The notes under the pieces are model-generated. The model made no database searches and was not told the origin of the DNA. It saw only the letters and a list, made by a program, of their open reading frames with translations. Of a stretch of DNA of 52,716 bases, positions 1 to 9,300 are shown in pieces. A program made the position numbers and the translations under genes. The stretch is from an uncultured Thermodesulfobacteriota bacterium (GTDB lineage: Bacteria > Desulfobacterota > WTBG01), in contig CAZOKO010000003.1 in NCBI GenBank assembly GCA_964580455.1, positions 1 to 52,716 of the forward strand, in the 5' to 3' direction. Every line of letters starts with the position of its first letter. Positions within the stretch are counted from its first letter, which is position 1.

Positions 1-202
1 ATAGCATACACACCCTGTATTATCGATATTTTATTGAAACGTTATACTAGTATAATAATTTAATGCTATATCTAGCTAACACACAGATTTTTTAGTGTCA
101 AGAAATTTTTAGTTTTTTAATGAATATTTATTCAGTGTTGCAAGATTAAATATTTCAGAGCGATAGTTGTTTTCAAAATGGTTAAATGGGGGGCGCACAA
201 AC

Positions 203-236
203 AAAAAGCCGGAGCTTTTAAGGCTCCGGCTTTTTT
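203..236. terminator. Bidirectional rho-independent terminator-like hairpin
   Basis: GCCGGAGC (208-215) pairs perfectly with GCTCCGGC (223-230) around a 7-nt loop. The stem is flanked by AAAAA upstream and TTTTTT downstream. Confidence 0.6.
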
Positions 237-428
237 ACCTATTCAATTATACTTGAATAGTCATTTTCGGGCTCTTGATATTGGGACGCTGGACATACTT
301 CGTAGGCAAATCCATTAAACCTTACAATAGACTTTTTGCGTCATAGCCTAACATCCGCAGGTAAGCCGCAACGAAAGGCAAGCCATAAGAGAAGTGCCTG
401 TAAGTTCAGGGAATTTCTGTTTCTAAAC

Positions 429-463
429 ACAAAAAACCCCTCTGCTTTAAAAGCCGAGGGGTT
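429..463 (-). terminator. Intrinsic terminator downstream of the rhodanese gene
   Basis: AACCCCTC (435-442) pairs with GAGGGGTT (456-463). On the minus strand the stem is followed by a U6 run (plus-strand A6 at 431-436). It lies about 50 nt after the stop at 516. Confidence 0.6.
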
Positions 464-515
464 ATTATGAAATAAAGTGATGGGAAATTTTGCTGTTTCA
501 AAATGTAGGGGGAAA

Positions 516-1493
516 CTATCCCGCCTCGGTATCATAGTTGGGTGGCGCACAGTCGAAAGGAGTAGTGGCCAGAACATCTGGATCATCCGTCCAACCCATC
601 ATCCCGAACTTCATGTTTTTAGCTTCATAGCCTAGAAGATTGAGGACGGTACACGCCACCTGGCCGGTGTGTCCGGTATAGCAGTAAACTATAATTGTTT
701 TATCCGGATCAAGCTTTTCGAGGTTGTCCACTTCCGCAATGGTTCTCCAAGGAATATTGATGGCTCCGGGAACATGACCAACGGCATAATCATCCGCCGA
801 GCGGACACTGACAATGATGTAGTCGTCTGCCTGGCCTGGGTCATCAATAATCATCTTCACATCGGTTACAGAAATGACAGGACCCAGCCCTGAACCCAGA
901 TACGCCTGAGCCTGAGCCTTGGCTATAGCAACCACATCCATCTCTCCCGTTGCAATGACCGGTAGCTCGTTGTCTGCCGGAAGATCATTTGGCGTATCTT
1001 CCGTATCATAGTTGGGCGGTGCACAGTCAAAAGGAGTAGTGGCCAGGACATCTGGATCATCCGTCCAACCCATCATCCCGAACTTCATGTTGAGGGTATC
1101 ATAGCCCAAAACAGCAAGGATGGTATCGGCGACCTGCCCGGTGTGACCGGTGTAACAGTAGGCAATCTGTTTATCGGCATCTAGCTGGGCAAGGCTTGCA
1201 TCATCAGCAATCGTTTTCCATGGAATATTGATGGCTCCGGGAACGTGACCAACGGCGTAGTCATCGGGAGATCGCACACTCACGATATTGTAGTTAGCGG
1301 CTTCAGCCGGGTCATCAACAATCATTTTCACATCAGTTACGCTAATCACAGGCTTAAGATCTTCAAGAACAGCGTCAATCAATACCCTTAACGCCTCAAA
1401 CTCATCAACTACCATGCAGGAACTGGTCATGAAAGAAAAGCTAACAGCTAAAACAAGTACTCCCAAAAGTATTCGTGCTCGTTTCATTTTCAA
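516..1493 (-). CDS. Secreted (possibly lipoprotein) tandem-rhodanese sulfurtransferase with two near-identical rhodanese domains
   Basis: 325-aa ORF with an N-terminal signal peptide (MKMKRARILLGVLVLAVSFSFMTSSC). It has two copies of a rhodanese-like domain, each with GHVPGAINIPW and a CYTGHTGQ active-site loop. TAG stop. Confidence 0.85.
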   Translation of the reverse strand: MKMKRARILLGVLVLAVSFSFMTSSCMVVDEFEALRVLIDAVLEDLKPVISVTDVKMIVDDPAEAANYNIVSVRSPDDYAVGHVPGAINIPWKTIADDASLAQLDADKQIAYCYTGHTGQVADTILAVLGYDTLNMKFGMMGWTDDPDVLATTPFDCAPPNYDTEDTPNDLPADNELPVIATGEMDVVAIAKAQAQAYLGSGLGPVISVTDVKMIIDDPGQADDYIIVSVRSADDYAVGHVPGAINIPWRTIAEVDNLEKLDPDKTIIVYCYTGHTGQVACTVLNLLGYEAKNMKFGMMGWTDDPDVLATTPFDCAPPNYDTEAG

Positions 1494-1617
1494 TTACCTC
1501 CCTATTGTTTTGTTTAAAAACCTGTTGATTCCACTTTTCCCATTAAAGAACTATCTCATAATCATTTTTTTTTCGCTCTTTTGTCTACCCCCTTTCACCC
1601 CTCTGTGTTTATTATAT

Positions 1618-2787
1618 TTATTCGGGGATAATGACCTCTTCATTCGCCTCCATCTCCCTTAAGAGGTCATCATACCCATAGCCTAGCCCACCATTGGCAT
1701 CCTTATAGAGTTCTATATCCTCTGCCCTTAGGTAATAGTCACTATCGTGACATGCAGCACCACAGCTTTCTCCTTCCTCCACTTCCGTTTGTGGTGTCCA
1801 TCGTTGGATATTATGCGGTGTTGTTAGTTTCCAGGTCGGCTCAGAGGTTTCGAAGTTTGGCAGGTCATCAATTCCCCATTCCTCGAATGTGTTGGGTGCA
1901 ACGGGAATATGCCTCACAGCGATATAGTCATAATCCTCATACCTGGAATTGTCATTCAGATAGTTTCTTCCAATTTCAAATGTCAAATACGAGGACCCTG
2001 TGATGCCTTCACCTCCCACATGACACCCATTGCAATTTTTGTAAGACTGGGAATGACAAGCCTGGCACGCAAGGGTTACACCAGAGTTCCCAAGCCAGTG
2101 TTGAGTATGATAGATGTTTTGATCGCTTACAGAGCTATGGCACGTCTCACATTGTGGAGCTACCGTATTGTTTTCATCATAACGGTAGGTCAACTCTGTG
2201 CCGTCACCGCCATGCATCTGATAACCGGAATGACAGAAATCACAGCGCTTGGCTAGAGTGATGTAGTGGTAATCTGCTTTGGTGCCCGGGTTTTCACCCG
2301 TATACTCTGCGCCGACACGAGACCCGTGACAGGCTGTGCAGTTTTCAGACATATCAGGAGTTCCCTTAAATTCATGAGACCAACCCTGTACAAATCCTCC
2401 CTGTACCGATCGAGGCCTGCTCACATGACATTGTCCACACGAGGCATGACATGTACCACACTCCATTCCGAACTCCTCTAATGCATGTTCATATCCCGGA
2501 TCTTTCAGACTGTAACCCGCCCTCAGTTCGAAACGCTTGAAATAACCTGCCTGTGAAAAATGGAGGCTTTGCTCAAAGTTTTCAACTTCATCCGGGTGAC
2601 AAGAAGCGCAGAACAGTTCAGGGTCTTCACTTGGATAGGGAACCAGATCTTCATGAGCTGCTTCCTTGTCAAAACGCTCCTGCGGATTCCCCAGATGACA
2701 CACGATACACTCAATTTCACCGTGGTTTGGATCTTCAAAAAATTCCTCGCCTACAAAAACTCTCTCCCATGGCTCCAACGGAGTCAC
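1618..2787 (-). CDS. Multiheme cytochrome c (9 CXXCH plus 1 CX3CH) lacking its own signal peptide
   Basis: Motifs CIVCH, CASCH, CGTCH, CGQCH, CTACH, CDFCH, CETCH, CQACH, CNGCH and CGAACH. The called start is a GTG 9 nt after an in-frame TGA. See the finding on read-through from 2797..2979. Confidence 0.85.
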   Translation of the reverse strand: MTPLEPWERVFVGEEFFEDPNHGEIECIVCHLGNPQERFDKEAAHEDLVPYPSEDPELFCASCHPDEVENFEQSLHFSQAGYFKRFELRAGYSLKDPGYEHALEEFGMECGTCHASCGQCHVSRPRSVQGGFVQGWSHEFKGTPDMSENCTACHGSRVGAEYTGENPGTKADYHYITLAKRCDFCHSGYQMHGGDGTELTYRYDENNTVAPQCETCHSSVSDQNIYHTQHWLGNSGVTLACQACHSQSYKNCNGCHVGGEGITGSSYLTFEIGRNYLNDNSRYEDYDYIAVRHIPVAPNTFEEWGIDDLPNFETSEPTWKLTTPHNIQRWTPQTEVEEGESCGAACHDSDYYLRAEDIELYKDANGGLGYGYDDLLREMEANEEVIIPE

Positions 2788-2796
2788 ACTTCCTCC

Positions 2797-2979
2797 TCAC
2801 CCTTCACCACTGCCCTCAGGATAATCTACCGGGTCGGCTATCTCTATCAAAAGGTCTTTATCGGTGTGACATCCAACACAACCAGTTACCAAAAAGTTTT
2901 CACAACTTGACAGATAAAGGCCTAATACCACCAGTAAAACAGTTCTCAGTAAGCTATTCATGCCAACCTCCTTTCTCAT
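2797..2979 (-). CDS. Small signal-peptide/lipobox monoheme ORF; probably the N-terminus of the downstream multiheme cytochrome
   Basis: 60-aa ORF with a hydrophobic leader and LSSC lipobox-like site, plus one CVGCH motif. It ends at a TGA (2797-2799) that is in frame with the ORF 1618..2787. Confidence 0.6.
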   Translation of the reverse strand: MRKEVGMNSLLRTVLLVVLGLYLSSCENFLVTGCVGCHTDKDLLIEIADPVDYPEGSGEG

Positions 2980-3617
2980 TATAAGGTTTTGTCAAAACAA
3001 ACCACAGATTCACCCCGTTAGATACCTACTATATAGCAGTTGAACTTTGTCAGATGTTAACCCTGTTAGATAAATGAGTCTTCCACAAGGTTTACCATCT
3101 AACGGGGGAACCACAGAGAATTATTTAAATATCAATAAGTTAGATGGTTTTACCTTCCCTCCCCTCTGTGCTCCCTTAAGTAAATTATTATTTGCTATCT
3201 ATTACCACTCCTACTTCCCTTTTATTCAATAAAATAATTTTTTATATCTATCCTTTAACTAGATTGCTGGACTTTCATAATTTCTTCATTTCCACTTAAG
3301 TTTTAAATTCTTGAATAAAAAACTGATTTTCTTTTAGAAAACTATTCTCTCTATAACTGTTCCTCCACCTTTATATCCTTAATCCTATCCCTTCCTCTCT
3401 TTCATGATAAACTCATTTTAAAGGAAATGCTTCTCGATTTTTACAAAACCAGGGAGTTCACAGAGTTTTTTAAATGTATGTTTTCTCTCTGTGTCCTCTG
3501 TGGTTTCATATTTTCTCCCATGCTTGCATAAAACTTTTGACAGTACACATTACAAATTATATGGGGTTTATTAATCTTACTAACACTCTCCTCATTTTTA
3601 GTTAAAAACTTTGTCCT

Positions 3618-4979
3618 CTATACTTCTATGCCAAATCTTTTTATATTCTTCCAGAGCGTAATCCTGCTATATCCGAGTAGTACTGCAGCTTTTGTTTTAT
3701 TCCCTTGAGTCATTTTAAGTGCATTGGAAATCCGTACCCTTTCATCATTTGTATTTCTTTTTTTGTCTGTAGTGATACTTTCGATCATCAATCTTTGTTT
3801 TATTTGTTGTGGAATATTGTGGAAACGAATGGTATCAGTCCGGCAGGTTAAAAAGGCATATTCAATGGTATTCTCAAGCTCGCGTATATTACCACGCCAG
3901 TTATATTTCATGAGCTGATCAATTGTATGTTGGTCACACTTAACTATAGGTTTCTCCCCTTGGCTACGCAATCTCTTTATGAAGTGCTCTACCAAAAGAG
4001 GAATATCAGTTTTTCGGTCTCTCAAGCGAGGGATAGTAAGAGGAATTTCATTAATCCGATTAAACAACTCCTCTAAAAATGATCTCTTATTTATGAACTC
4101 CTGGATGTCTTTCTTTGTTGCGGCAATTACCCTTACATCGATTTTTCGAGAAGCTTTTTCACATTTGGTTTCTAATTCTTTTGCCTCGAGAAACTTTAAT
4201 AGTTTTACTTGGAGAGAGGGGGGGATATCTGCGATCTCATTCAGGAAAAGCGTTCCTCCATCAGCCTCTTCAAGTTTGCCTTTTTTCTTACTTATTGTAC
4301 CATCTGGAGAGGAAATTTGATGACCAAATAACGCACTATCAAAAAGTGTCTCGGTCAGGGCAGTACAATCAACTTTAACAAATGGCTTGTTTTTCCTATG
4401 GCCTGTGTAGTGTATTGTCCGGGCAATAAGTTCCTTGCCTGTACCCGTTTCGCCATTTATTAGAATTGATGCATCGCTGTCTTTCGCTAGATCAATCAGA
4501 GAATAAATATTTTGCATGGTATAGTGATTGCCTATTATTTGGTAAAATGATCTTCTCCCTTTGATCTCCTGTTTTAAGAGGTCAATCTCACGTTCTCGCT
4601 CAACGAGTTCTGTTATGTCAACGATACTTTCAACTCCACCGATAACTTTTCCCTGATGATCTTTTAAAAGTTGTGCATTTTTAAGCAAATATTTGTCTTT
4701 ACCGTTCTTGGCAGTAACAACACAGCGCTTTCGAACTATCTTTTTTTCTGAAAAGAGGGGGCATACCCCATTTTTATTTAGCATTACTCCCATACAGGTA
4801 GGGCTGTTAAAAAAATCACACTTCTTTCCTAACACCTCTTCGTTTTTAAAGCCCAAGATATCCTCAGCAGCTTTATTCCAGGAGGTAATAACACGGTTCG
4901 TATCGACGGTAAAAAGACCATCAACCATGTTTTCAATAATTTCTGGGTGGTTATTTGTAAGGAGGGTCTTATTTGTCAT
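3618..4979 (-). CDS. PAS-domain AAA+ enhancer-binding-protein-family transcriptional regulator with Fis-type HTH and a degenerate GAFTGA loop
   Basis: N-terminal PAS-like region, Walker A GETGTGKE, Walker B GGTLFLNEI, and C-terminal HTH (KAAVLLGYSRITLWKNIKRFGI). QISSPDGT occupies the position of GAFTGA. Confidence 0.85.
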   Translation of the reverse strand: MTNKTLLTNNHPEIIENMVDGLFTVDTNRVITSWNKAAEDILGFKNEEVLGKKCDFFNSPTCMGVMLNKNGVCPLFSEKKIVRKRCVVTAKNGKDKYLLKNAQLLKDHQGKVIGGVESIVDITELVEREREIDLLKQEIKGRRSFYQIIGNHYTMQNIYSLIDLAKDSDASILINGETGTGKELIARTIHYTGHRKNKPFVKVDCTALTETLFDSALFGHQISSPDGTISKKKGKLEEADGGTLFLNEIADIPPSLQVKLLKFLEAKELETKCEKASRKIDVRVIAATKKDIQEFINKRSFLEELFNRINEIPLTIPRLRDRKTDIPLLVEHFIKRLRSQGEKPIVKCDQHTIDQLMKYNWRGNIRELENTIEYAFLTCRTDTIRFHNIPQQIKQRLMIESITTDKKRNTNDERVRISNALKMTQGNKTKAAVLLGYSRITLWKNIKRFGIEV

Positions 4980-5281
4980 GAAAAACCGGGAAACATACTA
5001 CATGATTAACATTTTTATTAACACTATCCTTAACAATCCCTCTATAATATTTCAGCACCTATTCAAACACCTTTAACAAACACTATAATTATCAATATAT
5101 TATGTTCTTATTCCTACGCTTAGCTTAATGTTTTAGAGGGTTGAAAAGATAGTAAATATTATGTGTTAATTAATTATTAACATTTAATTTAACATAAATC
5201 AAGTTTTTTTTCCTTCTTTCGTAAAAAAGTTGGTAGCGTTAAAAAATCTTTTGCTTTTTCAGGGAAATATCTATTGATACT

Positions 5282-5400
5282 CTCGTAAAAAGTCAAGAAT
5301 CAAGTCACTCCCGCGAAAGCGGGAGTCCATAACAAGCTGAAATTACTGGATTCCTGCTTTCGCAGGAATTACAAATAAGGAGTAAATTGGACTTTTTACG
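5282..5400. repeat. Composite palindromic intergenic element (12-bp terminal inverted repeat enclosing two perfect 8-bp hairpins)
   Basis: TCGTAAAAAGTC (5282-5293) is the reverse complement of GACTTTTTACGA (5389-5400). Inner hairpins are ACTCCCGC-GAAA-GCGGGAGT (5306-5325) and ATTCCTGC-TTTC-GCAGGAAT (5349-5368). Confidence 0.7.
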
Positions 5401-5540
5401 AATACGTCTTTTTTGATTTGAGAATAAAATGGATATTATAAGGGGAGGAATCTTATATTGCTAATAAGGGGGAATTTTAAGCTGGTGTTAACATTTTTTA
5501 ATGGCACATGGGTTCATGTAATTTAGTATATGAATAAAAG

Positions 5541-5572
5541 AAATCCGCAGAAAAGCTTCATTCTGCGGATTT
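5541..5572 (-). terminator. Intrinsic terminator downstream of fdhB
   Basis: Perfect 12-bp stem AAATCCGCAGAA / TTCTGCGGATTT with an 8-nt loop. On the minus strand it is followed by CUUUUAUUC and lies about 60 nt after the fdhB stop. Confidence 0.6.
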
Positions 5573-5631
5573 CTCCATAAATAACAAAAAAACACTCGCA
5601 ACCTCTATCAATCTTGAACCTGCTTCACAGC

Positions 5632-6378
5632 CTAGAAAGAAGAAACCTTCTTCAGAAACTGTTTCCCCTTTTCACGCAGAGACTGTAAGTAAGCTCTTCT
5701 TGAACTGGAGCTTAACTCTGCTGCACTCGGCAACCCATAAAAAGAAGGATCTTTCTGTAACACATAGATCTGATGCAATCCTCCCGCTTCCTCTATACCA
5801 TACAGGTAGCCACCAATTGCGGCTTTTCGTGCCTGGGCCTGAGTTACCAGTGCGTCCAGATCACCAAATATAATGGCGCCACTGGGACAGGTTTTTGCAC
5901 AAGCAGGTTGTGGTGTGTCTCCTGTAACTGCACCCTCAGTTAGTCTATCCAGACATGCCCAGCATTTTTTAGACTTCGCGGATTCATCTGAAGTAAGGCG
6001 AGGTACTTCAAAAGGACAGGCGGAAACACACGCACCACACCCTATACACAATTCCTCATCCACAAATACAAAACCCGTAGTCGAATCTTTCTGCATTGCA
6101 GAAACAGGACATACGGAAACACAAGCAGCATCCGTACAATGCATACACTGTCTCTTACGGAATAACCATTCAGGATCACCACCTGAAGCTGTGGAAGAAT
6201 GAAATTCCACCAGGCAATACGTACTAGCAGAGAGGTCAGGAGGATTCTGGTAACCTGCACCCGCAGTGAAGAATGTTGTTTCTTCAGCTTCAAGCTCATT
6301 CCACTGTTTACAAGCCACCTGACAACCCCTGCAGGCAGTACACTTAGATGTATCAATTAACATCGCTTTATCAGCCAT
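5632..6378 (-). CDS. fdhB: Formate dehydrogenase iron-sulfur (beta) subunit, 4x[4Fe-4S] ferredoxin type, with no C-terminal membrane anchor
   Basis: Cys clusters CTACRGCQVAC, CMHCTDAACVSVCP, CIGCGACVSACP and CWAC...CAKTCP. It lies immediately downstream of fdhA, and its tail is hydrophilic. Confidence 0.85.
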   Translation of the reverse strand: MADKAMLIDTSKCTACRGCQVACKQWNELEAEETTFFTAGAGYQNPPDLSASTYCLVEFHSSTASGGDPEWLFRKRQCMHCTDAACVSVCPVSAMQKDSTTGFVFVDEELCIGCGACVSACPFEVPRLTSDESAKSKKCWACLDRLTEGAVTGDTPQPACAKTCPSGAIIFGDLDALVTQAQARKAAIGGYLYGIEEAGGLHQIYVLQKDPSFYGLPSAAELSSSSRRAYLQSLREKGKQFLKKVSSF

Positions 6379-6395
6379 CTTTTTTTACCTCCCTT

Positions 6396-9300
6396 CTATA
6401 TTTTTTCTATATTAACAAGAAAAGCCTTGTATTCAGGTATTGTAGTATTGGGATCACCAACATGTGGAGTCAGGCTATTAGCACTATCACCCGTAGCAAT
6501 ACCCTGGTACCCAAAATGCCATGGCAAACCAACCACTTCAACAGTGCTGCCGTTTATGCTTAACGACTTTATTCTGTCCGTTACCAGGGCATATGCCGTA
6601 ATGCTACCACGGGCAGAACTAACCGTTACCTTATCGCCGCTTGCTATACCCTTAGTAGTTGCCAGCGTCTCACTGATCTCACAGAACATGTCAGGTACAA
6701 GCTCACAGAGCCATGGCAGATTACGTGTCATAGCACCTGCCTGCCAATGTTCGACTACCCGGTAAGTAGTAGCAACATAAGGATATTGGCTCTTATCACC
6801 AACTACATTGCCGGACCAGATAGTAATACAGGGGTTATTCTGCTGACTGGACATCTGATTGGTAACAGGGCTTTCCAAAGGTTCATAGTGCTCTGGCAGA
6901 GGGCCATCGGGACGACCCATACCAAATATTCTACCCAGTCCCTCCGGCTTCATGATAAAGGCACCATAAGTTGGATCATTACCACAGTCTCTTACATCGC
7001 CGCCGACAAAACCCTCACCGTCATACCAGATTACCTTTTTACTCTCGTTCCACGGGTTGCCTGCTGTATCACATGATGCGCGGTTATAAATAATCCGCCT
7101 GTTGACCGGCCAGCACCATGAGAAGTTTGAGTGAAGTCCTATATCACTGGCATCATTGCTGGTGTCTTTTGTTGTTGTTCTGTAATCGCGGGCAGCCATA
7201 TTTCCATCCTCAGTGTAACATGCACAGTAGAGCCAGTTAGCGGAGGAGGTTGATCCATCATCTTTCAACATGGTAAACTTGGGAACAAGCTCACCTTTAC
7301 TGCCATCTTCAGTATCTTCGAGGAAATAACCGTTTATCCTCCTGGCCACCTCATGAACACTAATGCCGTCTTCTGCAACTTCACCTGCTTTTGTATTTGA
7401 GTAATCCCAGTCAAGGTGCTTAATTGGGTTATCTTTTGGATCAAAGCTCAACATATGCAAGAGCTTAAGCATCTCTCCCAGCTTCCCCAAGATCCAGAGG
7501 TCGCTCTTTGCCTCTCCAGGAGGATCAATTGCCTTATAGCGCCACTGCGCCCAGCGGCCGCTGTTAGTTATGCTTCCTTCCTTTTCAACGGATGACGCTG
7601 CCGGCAGGAGAAAGACCTCTGTTTTGATTTTTGAAGAATCAACACCAGGTCTTTTCCAGAAGGCTGCAGTCTCCGTCTCCCAGAGATCAGCTGCAATCAG
7701 CCAGTTGAGATTTGCCAGGGCGTCTCTTTCAAATTCGGCATTAGGACCGCCCACGGCTGGATTCTGGCCTATGGCGACCAGGCCTTTGATAGTACCTTCA
7801 GACATCGCCTCAAAGAGAGCAATGTGAGAATGGTCACCATAACGCTTGGGGAGATAATCATATGCAAAATCATTATCTGCTGTGGCATTCTCACCATAGT
7901 AATCTTTCAAAAGACTGACCATATATTTTTTGGTATGCTGCCACCAGTTGGTACTCTTGCCCGGGTTTATGGTAGCTGCTGCCTTCATCGCTACCCAGTC
8001 ATCCAGAGTCTGTTTGCTTGATGTCGGGCAGGGAAGATAGCCAGGCAGGATGTGATAAAGTATACAGTGGTCAGTTGAACCCTGAACATTAGACTCACCT
8101 CTCAGTGCATTAACCCCACCGCCGGCAAGACCCATATTTCCCAGAAGGAGCTGCAGCAAAGCAAAGGCTCGTATAGTCTGAACGCCTGTGGTGTGCTGTG
8201 TCCATCCCATGGCGTACATGATAGTGCCTACCTTATCAGTTGCACCGGTCGCACAGTAGGCAGCCGCAATTTCATTGAATTTAGCTTGAGATACGCCGGT
8301 GATTTTAGATACTACCTCAGGAGTATATCGCGACACATGATCCTTAAGCAGTGCAAATACACAGTCAGGGTCATCAAGATCCTCTGCTTTAACATTATTG
8401 TTCTCTGCATCCAACTGATACTGCCAGGTGGACTTGTCGTATGATTTACTGCCATCATAGCCAGTAAAAAGTCCATCCGTAAAACCAAACCCCTCGTTAA
8501 TCTTACAGAGGGCATTGGTGTGAACTTTTACATATTCATCATTGTAAAGTTCATTTTCAATCGCATATCTTACCATCCCGTTAATAAAAGCAATGTCTGC
8601 TCCAGGACGAATCTGGGCAAACATATCTGCTTTAGCCGATGTCCTGGTGAAGCGCGGATCAACGCTTATCAATTTGGCACCATCTTCCATTGCCTTGGTT
8701 ACCCACTTAAAGGAAATGGGGTGATTCTCTGCAGCGTTGCTGCCCATAATCATAATACAGTCACTGTTCTTGATATCAATCCAGTGATTAGTCATTGCCC
8801 CTCTACCGAACGACTCTGCCAGAGCCGCAACTGTAGCGGAGTGTCATATCCTGGCCTGGTGTTCTAAGTAGATTACTCCAAGTGACCTCATCAGCTTGGT
8901 GTAAAGATGGCATTCTTCATTGTCGAGTGCAGCCCCACCAATGGCAGCAATTGCCTCGGTGCGGTTCACCGTGTTTCCCTCTGAATCTTCTCTGGTAAAG
9001 TTGAAATCACGGGTCGTTTTTACCTTAAGTGCCATCAAGATCAGTGCCATAAACCAGGGAATTTCTATCCAGTCACCGCCCCAATAAGGGGGACGCCACA
9101 AAACTTTATCGAGACGTCGGTCATTGTTTGCTGTCTGGTAGAGTGAATTCCCCTTAGAGCAAAGTGAACCCTCATTGATTGGATGGTCAGGATCTCCCTC
9201 AGTATTAACAACCTTACCTCCGGAAGCAGTGACAACTATACCACAGCCACACGCACAGTATGGACAGATAGTTGTTGTCTCAGTTCCTTCTTTCGTCTTC

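Noticed and set aside
341-586. 81-aa minus-strand ORF
   Set aside because: It overlaps the rhodanese 3' end and its terminator region. It has no start context or recognisable features, so it is probably spurious.
2797-2799. Genome-wide TGA reassignment (code 4 or 25) as the explanation for the in-frame TGAs
   Set aside because: TGA clearly terminates other genes at conserved C-termini, for example the response regulator at 11516-11518 and the ATGA-coupled stops at 22845-22847 and 25487-25489. The standard code with local Sec, read-through or an error is more parsimonious.
2980-3617. Sigma-54 promoter upstream of the cytochrome/rhodanese operon
   Set aside because: The best candidate, the reverse complement of TTGCTATCTATTACCA, has GG and GC spaced one nucleotide too close. 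No acceptable match was found by eye.
5502-5517. TGGCAC-N5-TTCAT resembling a sigma-54 promoter on the plus strand
   Set aside because: It lacks the essential GC of the -12 element. It also points antisense into fdhB, with no plus-strand gene downstream.
6042-8515. Numerous 60-140-aa ORFs antisense to or overlapping large genes (for example within fdhA, fdhB, the kinase and the 20-heme genes)
   Set aside because: They are fully nested in strongly supported CDSs on the other strand or frame, and they have low-complexity, unrecognisable sequences.
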